From Myxococcales bacterium (GTDB lineage Bacteria; Myxococcota_A; Polyangia; Polyangiales; Polyangiaceae): a stretch of DNA of 53,973 nucleotides. Below the pieces are notes generated by a model. The model did not search any database. It was not told where the DNA came from and saw nothing but the letters and a program-made list of their open reading frames with translations. Below are positions 44,544 through 53,973 of the stretch, piece after piece. Numbering within the stretch: position 1 is the stretch's first letter; each line of letters opens with the position of its first letter. The DNA is taken from the NCBI GenBank assembly GCA_043747615.1, contig JAYTOU010000043.1, positions 1-53,973 on the forward strand, written 5' to 3'. The position numbers were made by a program, and so were the translations under genes.

Positions 44544-45589
44544 ACATCCAGGGTATCGTGATGAACCGACACGGCGGACCCGAGGTCTTCGAGAATGCAA
44601 CTCTCGAAATCCAAGACAAGCCTCCGGCCGGGCAGGTCCGCGTGCGGGTCGAGGCCTGCGCGCTCAACCATCTCGACCTCTGGTTTCGTCGCGGGATGGC
44701 GCATCTCAAGCTGCCCATGCCGCACCGGCTTGGCTCGGATGCCGCGGGGACGATCGAAGCCCTCGGCGACGGAGTAAAGGGGCCCCCGCTCGGCACGAAG
44801 GTGGTTCTCGCACCTGGCGTTTCGTGCGGCGTTTGCGAGTCCTGCCAGTTCGGGCAGGACAACATGTGTCGAGACTTCAAGATCATTGGCGAGTTCTTGC
44901 CCGGCGCATACGGAGACGTGGTCGACGTACCGGCGGCCAACGTTTTTCCGATCCCCGCGAACCTCTCCTTCGGAGAGGCGGCGTCGATCCCGCTCGTGTT
45001 TCTGACGGCATGGGCGATGGTCGTCGAGAAGGCGCAGGTCACGCTCGGTGAGACCGTGCTCGTGCACACGGCAGGTAGCGGCGTCTCGAGCGCCGCGATC
45101 CAAGTCGCGAAGGCTCTGGGCGCGCGCGTCATCACGACCGCGTCTTCTGCTGCCAAGCTCGCCTCCGCAAAGGCGCTCGGGGCAGACGAAGTCATTGATT
45201 TGTCCAAGCAAGACTTCACGGCCGAGGTGAAGAGGCTCACTGGCAAGAAGGGCGTCGAGGTGGTCATCGATCACGTCGGCGGCGAGCTCTTTTCGAAGAG
45301 CATGACGGTGCTCGCGGCCGGTGGTCGGATCGTCTCGTGCGGGCAAACGAGCGGCCCCCCGCCCTCCTTCGATCTCACGCGCACGTTCATGCGTTACAAC
45401 ACCGTGCTCGGAACCCGAATGGGCGCAAAGAAGTACCTCTTTCCGATCTTGCGCGCGTTCGAGCGCGGAACGTTCAAGCCGGTCATCCACAAGATGCTGC
45501 CGCTAACGGTCGAAGGCGCGAGCGAGGGTCATCGCATACTGGAAGCGCGCGAAGCCTTTGGTAAGGTCGTGCTCACACGCGGCGGCTGA
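44540..45589 (+). CDS. Zinc-binding medium-chain dehydrogenase/reductase (Zn_ADH-like)
   Basis: [14 protein letters not shown], structural-Zn CGVCESC...C, AGSGVSSA and FGKVVL. ATGA overlap with mbtH. Confidence 0.9.
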   Translation: MNIQGIVMNRHGGPEVFENATLEIQDKPPAGQVRVRVEACALNHLDLWFRRGMAHLKLPMPHRLGSDAAGTIEALGDGVKGPPLGTKVVLAPGVSCGVCESCQFGQDNMCRDFKIIGEFLPGAYGDVVDVPAANVFPIPANLSFGEAASIPLVFLTAWAMVVEKAQVTLGETVLVHTAGSGVSSAAIQVAKALGARVITTASSAAKLASAKALGADEVIDLSKQDFTAEVKRLTGKKGVEVVIDHVGGELFSKSMTVLAAGGRIVSCGQTSGPPPSFDLTRTFMRYNTVLGTRMGAKKYLFPILRAFERGTFKPVIHKMLPLTVEGASEGHRILEAREAFGKVVLTRGG

Positions 45590-45592
45590 ACT

Positions 45593-46729
45593 TCACGCCT
45601 TCTTTTTGGAGGCGATTCGAAAAATTTTCTCGGAGTTGCGAAACGCGATTTTTTCCACGTCCTCCTTCGGCAGAGGCGCGCTCCTTAGAAAATCGGCCGC
45701 TTGGTTCGAGTCGGCAAACGGGTAATCGACGGCGAAGAGAATTCGATCGGGGCCAAGCGTCGCGTGGCAGTACCGAAGCACGTCGGCCCAGAGCGGATCT
45801 CGGTTGGATCCGCTCGTGGTGACGTAAAAGTTCTCTTTGAAGCGGTCCGACGGCTTCGGCCCCGGTGCGTTCTGGAGCGCCCAATTGATTCGAGGGAGGT
45901 AGTACGGAAGGCACTCTCCCATGTGTCCTAGGACTATCTTCAACTTTGGAAATTGCTCGAAGACTCCGCCGAGGAGAAGCCGCGCCGCGTGCAGGCCCGT
46001 CTCCATTCCGTAACCCCACAGGACCTCCGTCAGACGGCGACCACCGTGGAGCGTGAGCATCCGGAGGATCTCAGGACCCCTCGGAGGGTTGCGCGGGTGG
46101 ATGTAAATCGGCGCGTCCACCGCACACGCTGCTTCGAAGATTGGCCAGAACTTCGGGTCATCGAGGTATTCGCCGTTCGTATGCGAATTGATGATCAGCC
46201 CATTCAGCTTGAGCGTGCTGATCGCGCGCTCGATCTCCTTCGCCGCACGCTTCGGATCCTGGGGGGCAAAGCTCGCGAGACCGGCGAAGCGATCGGGGTG
46301 ACGCTTCACGGCTTCGGCAATTGCGTCGTTCGTCGTGGTCGCCATCGCGGTCGCCGTGTCCGCGTCGAAGAGCTGCACGCCCGGGGAGATGAGGGAGAGA
46401 ACGAATACGTCGATGTCGGCCTCGTCCATGACCTTGATGCGGCCCGGCCCCAGGTCGTACATGCGATCCCGCGTCGTTCGCCACCAGCCAAGGAAAGCAT
46501 CGTCCGTCCCGACCTCGGGTGTCGCTTCCCCGGGCAGCACCTCCTTCCACCACTTCGCCCATCCGTCGGTCCCAGGTGCCGGAGGCTCAGTGGCGAACCA
46601 CATACGGTAAAGATCGAGGTCCTCCACGCCGCGGTCGATCAACTTCTGGACCTCGACCGAGTACTCCTTGCACGCGAAGGCTTCTTCGGTTGCGATCAAT
46701 CTCAGGTGCTCTTTTCGGCTCTCGGACAT
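45593..46729 (-). CDS. Amidohydrolase_2 family protein, LigW/aromatic-acid decarboxylase-like
   Basis: RLIATEEAF (Glu ligand), SL.SPGVQ, INSHTNGEYLD, YIHPR, GHMGE and FAVDYPF (Asp ligand). ATG 46729 overlaps the upstream stop (TGATG). Confidence 0.85.
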   Translation of the reverse strand: MSESRKEHLRLIATEEAFACKEYSVEVQKLIDRGVEDLDLYRMWFATEPPAPGTDGWAKWWKEVLPGEATPEVGTDDAFLGWWRTTRDRMYDLGPGRIKVMDEADIDVFVLSLISPGVQLFDADTATAMATTTNDAIAEAVKRHPDRFAGLASFAPQDPKRAAKEIERAISTLKLNGLIINSHTNGEYLDDPKFWPIFEAACAVDAPIYIHPRNPPRGPEILRMLTLHGGRRLTEVLWGYGMETGLHAARLLLGGVFEQFPKLKIVLGHMGECLPYYLPRINWALQNAPGPKPSDRFKENFYVTTSGSNRDPLWADVLRYCHATLGPDRILFAVDYPFADSNQAADFLRSAPLPKEDVEKIAFRNSEKIFRIASKKKA

Positions 46730-47985
46730 CACTGAACCTCCTCTGACTTGACCACGGCCATCACTTCTTCGTCCGTCATCATGTGATCCTGCGTCTTCGC
46801 CGCCTTGAGGATCTCCGCCACGAGCTTTTCGTTCGACGGTATTCCGCGCTGCGTGAGCCAGTAGTTGACGTTCGAAGCGCCGCTCATGAAGCCGATGCAG
46901 ATCTCCTGCGTCCGACCGAACATACCCGCGGGCACGCCGCTGTAAATGCGGTCTGCGAGCCAGGCGTCGCCCCTCGCCATGGCCTTGATGATGGCCGCAG
47001 CGTGGACACCCGTTCCGGTGCGAAACGCGTCGCGCCCGACGAGCGGATAGTTGATCGGGACGTCCCACTTCACAGCGGTGGCTGCCGTCTGGCAGTACTC
47101 AAGGAGCTTCGTGAGATCTTGGTCGAGGAGGCCGAGGAGCTTGAGATTCAGTAAAATTAGCTCCATTTGAGCATTTCCAACGCGCTCGCCGATTCCGAGC
47201 GCCGTTCCGTGGACACGGTCCGCACCGAATTCGAGCGCCCAGATAGCGTTCACCAAGGCGAGCCCGCGATCGTTGTGACCGTGCCAGTCGAGGCCGACGG
47301 TCGCGCCGGTGCCGGCGATGACGCTCTTCGTGAATTGGATCAAATTGCGGACGCCATCGGGGGTGGCGTGGCCGACGGTATCGGACAAACAGAGACGGGA
47401 GGCTCCGTGCTCGATCGCCGCCCGGAAGAGCGTGGTCAGCACCTCGGGGCGTGAGCGGGTGGTGTCTTCGGTGACGTAGCAGACGGCGAGGCCCGCCTTC
47501 ACCGCGACGTCGATCGCCTCGGCGCTGCGCTTGGCGATGAGAGCTACGTCCCACTGCTCGGCGTACTGGCGGATGGGGCTCGACCCGATGAACGCGTACA
47601 CCTCGACGGGAATGCCCGCGCGCTGCGAGACCTCGATCATCGGGGTGATGTCGCCGACGACCGTTCGTCCGGCGCACGCGACCTTGATCTTCATCTTGCA
47701 TTCCACGACTTCGCGACACATCCGCAGAACGTCGTCGAAGGCGCGCTTCGAGCTTCCCGGCAGCCCGACATCCGCCACGTGAATGCCGAGGTCGTCCATA
47801 AGATGGAGGAGCTTCAGCTTCTGGTCGATGCCCGGATCGATGACCGATGGGTTTTGCAAACCGTCGCGTAACGTCTCGTCGAAGAAAGTCACATTGGCAG
47901 GTGTGAGGCGCCCGCGGCGACCGAGCTCGTTCCAATCGAAAACGAACTCAGCGACCCGAGCGGTCTCGGTGGAAGGCTCCGTCAT
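46729..47985 (-). CDS. LeuA-family (DRE-TIM; 2-isopropylmalate/homocitrate synthase-like) protein lacking the C-terminal regulatory domain
   Basis: DETLRDGLQ, EDTTR, DTVG, HGHNDRGLA, GIGERVGN, P.VG.DAF...GVH. Only 418 aa. Confidence 0.88.
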   Translation of the reverse strand: MTEPSTETARVAEFVFDWNELGRRGRLTPANVTFFDETLRDGLQNPSVIDPGIDQKLKLLHLMDDLGIHVADVGLPGSSKRAFDDVLRMCREVVECKMKIKVACAGRTVVGDITPMIEVSQRAGIPVEVYAFIGSSPIRQYAEQWDVALIAKRSAEAIDVAVKAGLAVCYVTEDTTRSRPEVLTTLFRAAIEHGASRLCLSDTVGHATPDGVRNLIQFTKSVIAGTGATVGLDWHGHNDRGLALVNAIWALEFGADRVHGTALGIGERVGNAQMELILLNLKLLGLLDQDLTKLLEYCQTAATAVKWDVPINYPLVGRDAFRTGTGVHAAAIIKAMARGDAWLADRIYSGVPAGMFGRTQEICIGFMSGASNVNYWLTQRGIPSNEKLVAEILKAAKTQDHMMTDEEVMAVVKSEEVQ

Positions 47986-48034
47986 CGTCCGAGTATAGAG
48001 GCGAAAAAAGCGGACGATCGGCTAAAGTCCTGGC

Positions 48035-48231
48035 ATGGCCATCCGCCTCGTGCCCCTCCGCTCCCTCCTCGAATCGAAGACCGATCGGGCTTTTTCGATC
48101 TTCGACGGAGACGACTACGTCGGGCAGTGCAAGGCCCACGGGCCGCACGCCGTCGAAGCGCTGACTTCGAAGGTGTGCTGCGCGAACGACCGCTTTTACG
48201 ACATGGTCCGCAGGTCGATTTTAAATCCTGA

Positions 48232-48235
<4 letters not shown>
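48035..48235 (+). CDS. Small hypothetical protein (66 aa)
   Basis: Fills the leuA-like/dnaK gap, has GC3-biased codons and a TAAAGT -10-like box 6 nt before ATG. Stop abuts the dnaK stop. Confidence 0.45.
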
Positions 48236-50094
<1,859 letters not shown>

Positions 50095-50132
50095 TCGTGA
50101 ACCGCCCTCCTCCCACGTCGGGCGCTACATTC

Positions 50133-50714
50133 CTAGTTGCTCTCGGTTGCCTTCGGTTTGGCGACCACCACCATTGCCGCGCGGATCAGCTTATCTCCTT
50201 GGGCATAACCCGGTTGCACTTCCGCGACGACGGTTCCCGGGGGGTGCTCGTCCGTCTCCACTTGCTGGATGGCCTCGTGCATCGCGGGGTCGAAGGCGGT
50301 GCCCGTGGTCGGCACCTTGGTGATCGACGCGCGCCCGAGGGTGGCTTCGAACTGCTTCAGGATCATCGACAGACCGTCCGACACGCCCTTGACGTCCGTT
50401 GCACGCTGGGCGCTCTGGATGGCGCGCTCGAGATTGTCGAACACCGGAAGGAGCTCTTTTAGAAGCTCTTCTCGACCGTTGCGGCGCGCGTCCTCCACTT
50501 CTTTCCGCGAGCGCTTTCGAAAATTATCGAAGTCGGCGGCGGTGCGCATCCACATCTCTTTCAGGCGGGCTGCCTCGATGCGCGCAGCCTCGAGCGGCTC
50601 GACGGGCGTGATCGGCCCGTCCTCTCCATCGACCTCGGAATTCTCCGACGGTCGCTCCGTCGACTCCGGATCGTCTGCCTGATTTTCTTCCAGCTTTTTA
50701 TTTTCGCTGCTCAT
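50133..50714 (-). CDS. grpE: Nucleotide exchange factor GrpE
   Basis: ADFDNFRKR, LLPVFDNLERA, FDP..HEAI and GY...LIRAAMVVV. Confidence 0.96.
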   Translation of the reverse strand: MSSENKKLEENQADDPESTERPSENSEVDGEDGPITPVEPLEAARIEAARLKEMWMRTAADFDNFRKRSRKEVEDARRNGREELLKELLPVFDNLERAIQSAQRATDVKGVSDGLSMILKQFEATLGRASITKVPTTGTAFDPAMHEAIQQVETDEHPPGTVVAEVQPGYAQGDKLIRAAMVVVAKPKATESN

Positions 50715-50757
50715 GACCCTCTGATCGCACCGAAGCGCGGACGGAAACTATAGCGTC

Positions 50758-51471
50758 TTACGACTCCGGCACGTCGAGTTTCGCAAGGAGATCGTCGGCG
50801 TGGTCGCGCGACAAGTAAAGTCCCCGCGCATACAGGCGCTCTTTTGCCGTCGCGTCGAGGTCCCCTTCACGCCCGGTCGTCGCTGCGCTGAGCAGGATGG
50901 CCGCGGTCACGCTCACGTTCAGGCTCTCGACGAACCCGCGCATCGGCACCCGGACGGCGCGGGTACAAGCCGCAGCGAGCTCCGCGCTGATTCCGTCGCG
51001 CTCGTTGCCGAGGACGAGCGCCAGCCTCGGAATTTCCCTGAGATCCGCGGGCAGGAGCTCGCCGTCGGGGTGAGCCGCGATGAGCTCGAAGCCACTCGCT
51101 CGAGCTTCGTCGATCGCGCTCTTGGCGTTGGGATGCGCGGCCACGTCGATCCATTGCTGTGCGCCGCGCGCCACCGTTGCAGCCACGAGGAAGCTCTCTT
51201 TCCGCTCGACCACGTGCAAGCGCTGGACGCCGAACGCCTCGCACGATCGAACGACCGCCGCTCCGTTGTGAGGGTCGTGGGGTGCCTCGAAGACCACGGT
51301 CACGCTGGCGAGGCGCCTGCCGATCACCTCGATGAGGCGCCGCCGTCGCTGCTCGAGGACGAACGGCTCGAGAGCCCGCACGATTTTGGCCGGATCTTGC
51401 GCTTCCAGGCGCGAAAGTCGCTTTGAGAAAAGCTCATCGGTCCCGAGGACCCCGGGCGTACGCCGTCGCAT
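50758..51471 (-). CDS. trmH: TrmH/SpoU family RNA 2'-O-methyltransferase
   Basis: DPHNGAAVVRSCEAFG, LGNERDGIS and VPMRGFVESLNVSV. Confidence 0.88.
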   Translation of the reverse strand: MRRRTPGVLGTDELFSKRLSRLEAQDPAKIVRALEPFVLEQRRRRLIEVIGRRLASVTVVFEAPHDPHNGAAVVRSCEAFGVQRLHVVERKESFLVAATVARGAQQWIDVAAHPNAKSAIDEARASGFELIAAHPDGELLPADLREIPRLALVLGNERDGISAELAAACTRAVRVPMRGFVESLNVSVTAAILLSAATTGREGDLDATAKERLYARGLYLSRDHADDLLAKLDVPES

Positions 51472-51621
51472 GAATTCCCACGTTTTCGGGGTCGCTAACG
51501 CCCGTCCGCCGAAAAAACCCGCGAAATGGCTAGGTTGGTCGGCTAGGGCTAAAGTGCAGCTGGAGCCGCAGAGGCACTTCTACGTCAAACCGGGGGAGAG
51601 GAAGATTTTTTCGCGTTTCGG

Positions 51622-53973
51622 ATGATGGACGTCGATCGAGCACGAGCCAGCACCCATATCCCCGCGCCCCCTCGCCGCAGCCATCGGCGGGATTGGGGCC
51701 AGCTCCTCGCGCGAATCGTCTGCGTTCTCTTCGCCACCGTCGGAGTGCTCCCATTTGGCTTGGTGATGATCGTCCACTCCGCATGGGCCCGGACCTGGGC
51801 GACGCGTGAGACCACGCGGCTCGCTGCCTCGTTCGGGGTGGTCGCCAGTTACGACGTGAGCCTGACCTTCTGGCCGTTTGCGGTGGTGATCGATCACGTG
51901 CGCGTCGAGTCGAGTGACGGCGGCGGGCCGGTGCTCGTGACCCCTCGGGTGACGGTGCGGCCGAAGTTCTTCGCGCTCCTGTCGGGCAAGCTCGCCATCG
52001 ATCAAGTGGAGGTGGACAGCCCGCGCGCCCGCGCCGTCGTCAAGGACGGAAACATCCTCAACCTCGCTCTCAAGCTCCCTGCGATCGCCAAGAAGACTGG
52101 GCCTTTTCACGCACCGTTCAGCGTCATCGCAGTCACCGACGGGTTCGTCGACGTGCAGCTCGACGAGGCCCATCTCGTCGTCACCAACTTCGATCTCGAC
52201 GTCACGAACGAGGACGACCGCGACGATGGCTCATCGTTCGAGGTGGCTCTTCGGGTCGGCGAATCGCGGCTCCACATGTCGCGTCTCACCTATCCGAACG
52301 GCGACGACAAGCCACCGCAGCTCTTCGTCGACGACGACGCGCTCTGCATGGTCGACGCGCGGCTGAGGATCGATCCTGACGCGATCACGGTGCATCGTTT
52401 GCGCGCAGAAGGTTCCGCCGATCTCGACCCGCAGCCTGCGACCACTCCGCGCTGTGGCCTTCCTGAAACGGACAAACGAAAGGTGACGCTGTCCCTCAGC
52501 CACCTCCACGTGCACCTGCCGAAGACCCCCGGCGGCCTTCCGCGGGTCGATGGACACATCACGGCGCGTGCGCCCCTCGGCCTGGTCGAGCGGGCGGCGG
52601 ATCTGCCGCGAACCGACGGGTGGGTCGGCGTTGATCTCGAAGCGCGCTTCACGGAGGGCATGAGCATCCCCGACGTGAACGGACACATCGAGGCCCACGA
52701 CATCCAGATCGATCACTTCAATTTTGCGCAGGAAATTCAGGCCGATCTGGTGACGAAGCAGAACGTCGTGACGAGTCCGCGCATCACGGTGAGGATCGCC
52801 GACGGTCAGGTCATCCTGTCGGACGTGAGCGTGCAGCCGCTCGTGAAGGGCATCCCGATCAAGGCGAAGTTCGACGCAAAGGACATCAACTTCACGACCC
52901 TCATGCGCAACCTCGGAGTGCACCCGCACGCGCACGTTGCCTGGGACATCCGGGAGATCCACGTGCCCATGCTCGCGGGTACGATCGTCCCGCTCAAGAT
53001 CGACGGCGAGCTCACCGGTCATACCCAAAACTTCACGGTTTACGACATTCCCGCCGAGAGCCCGGCGCGCGTGCGCATCTTCGGCATCAAAGAAGCGCTG
53101 ATCGTCAGCCATGTTGGGGTGAGGCCCGAGGCCGTGCAGTTCTCGCGCGCCAGGGTGACGCTGAACAAGAGCGTGGCCGAGGGCGGGTTCGTATCCCTCG
53201 GCTACAACAACGATCTCAAGGTCGACGTTCCCTCCGCGAAGATCGATCTCACCGACCTCTCCCCCATCGGCCAGATGCCGCTCGCGGGGCAAGCGGAAGC
53301 CCACGCGCAGCTGACGGGCGTGTTCGGAGATCCCCACCTCGAGGCAGACGCCACCATCCAGAATTTCGTCTTCAGCGGCATCCCCTTCGGCAACGTCACG
53401 GCAGGGCATGCCTCTCTCAATCAGCTCACGGTGGATCTGAAGAACGTAAAGGCCACCAAGAACAAGAGTACCTACGAGATGCCCGTCGCCCGTCTGGAGT
53501 TCGGCGGGGCGGCGAACATGACGATGGACGCCGTCGCCACCTCGAGCGGCTTCAACCTGCGGGATTTTTTCAACCTGTGGCAGCTCGACGAGGATCCGCG
53601 TTTTCTCGAAATCGACGGTACTTTCAGCACGAAATCGAATTTGCACATTGCGCTTGGCGGGCCGGAGGATCACTGCGGCGGAGGGTTCATCAACGTCGAC
53701 GCCCACGCCCACCTTCGCGACGCAAAGCTCTTCGGAGAGGTCTTCGACGACGGTGATCTCGACGTCGACTACGAGTGGGTAGACCGCCTGGGCGGCATCG
53801 AAGGGGCGAACATTCAGGTGCACTCGGCGACGCTCCGGAAGCTGCGTCCCAACGCGGCGGGTATCGCGGTGGGAACGATGCTCGCGTCGGCGGCCATTAA
53901 GCGAGGCGAGCTGAACGGCAACGTGGTCCTTCAGGGGATTCCGCTCTCGCGGATTCAATCGCTCGGAGCGGTG
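51622..53973 (+). CDS. TamB/AsmA-like protein, 3'-truncated by the window edge (absent from the supplied ORF track)
   Basis: Frame from ATG 51622 (MMDVDR...RDWGQLLARIVCVLFATVGVLPFGLVMIV...) appears open to the window end. One N-terminal TM helix followed by repetitive beta-strand sequence (LLSGKLAIDQVEVDSP). Confidence 0.75.
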   Translation, partial: MMDVDRARASTHIPAPPRRSHRRDWGQLLARIVCVLFATVGVLPFGLVMIVHSAWARTWATRETTRLAASFGVVASYDVSLTFWPFAVVIDHVRVESSDGGGPVLVTPRVTVRPKFFALLSGKLAIDQVEVDSPRARAVVKDGNILNLALKLPAIAKKTGPFHAPFSVIAVTDGFVDVQLDEAHLVVTNFDLDVTNEDDRDDGSSFEVALRVGESRLHMSRLTYPNGDDKPPQLFVDDDALCMVDARLRIDPDAITVHRLRAEGSADLDPQPATTPRCGLPETDKRKVTLSLSHLHVHLPKTPGGLPRVDGHITARAPLGLVERAADLPRTDGWVGVDLEARFTEGMSIPDVNGHIEAHDIQIDHFNFAQEIQADLVTKQNVVTSPRITVRIADGQVILSDVSVQPLVKGIPIKAKFDAKDINFTTLMRNLGVHPHAHVAWDIREIHVPMLAGTIVPLKIDGELTGHTQNFTVYDIPAESPARVRIFGIKEALIVSHVGVRPEAVQFSRARVTLNKSVAEGGFVSLGYNNDLKVDVPSAKIDLTDLSPIGQMPLAGQAEAHAQLTGVFGDPHLEADATIQNFVFSGIPFGNVTAGHASLNQLTVDLKNVKATKNKSTYEMPVARLEFGGAANMTMDAVATSSGFNLRDFFNLWQLDEDPRFLEIDGTFSTKSNLHIALGGPEDHCGGGFINVDAHAHLRDAKLFGEVFDDGDLDVDYEWVDRLGGIEGANIQVHSATLRKLRPNAAGIAVGTMLASAAIKRGELNGNVVLQGIPLSRIQSLGAV

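Noticed and set aside
46730..47068. N-terminal extension of the 491-aa amidohydrolase ORF
   Set aside because: It lies inside the LeuA-like gene. The TGATG-coupled ATG at 46729 precedes the family's N-terminal motif.
52231..53958. 575-aa minus-strand ORF
   Set aside because: Antisense shadow of the plus-strand TamB-like gene, as is typical of high-GC DNA. The same applies to most Arg/Ala-rich overlapping ORFs in the track.

Overview
High-GC bacterial chromosome segment whose gene content points to a myxobacterium (Polyangiales/Sorangiineae-like; this is an inference). The left part (1-22.9 kb) is largely housekeeping and envelope genes: the 3' part of citrate synthase, two S9 peptidases, pilD, a YciO/Sua5 protein, thiD, a seven-gene Glt/Nfs-type (gliding/envelope) operon, a Gfo/Idh/MocA oxidoreductase and ftsE-ftsX-envC. 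An accessory block of about 25 kb follows (22.9-48.0 kb). It has two lipoproteins (one DUF5602/TTHB210-like) and an apparently intact three-module NRPS cluster (A-T-C-A-T plus C-A-T-C*, no thioesterase; manual codes aliphatic / Thr / unusual). The cluster also has an ABC exporter at the head of the operon, MbtH, a Zn-dependent MDR oxidoreductase, two tandem O-methyltransferase-fold proteins and a cytochrome P450-epoxide hydrolase fusion whose hydrolase triad looks altered. An adjacent LeuA-like synthase is translationally coupled to a LigW-like decarboxylase. The right end has dnaK, grpE, a TrmH methyltransferase and the 5' part of a TamB-like gene. I saw no tRNA, rRNA, CRISPR array, transposase or integrase. 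The NRPS cluster is the best candidate for an undescribed system. All family calls are by eye from motifs, not from database searches.
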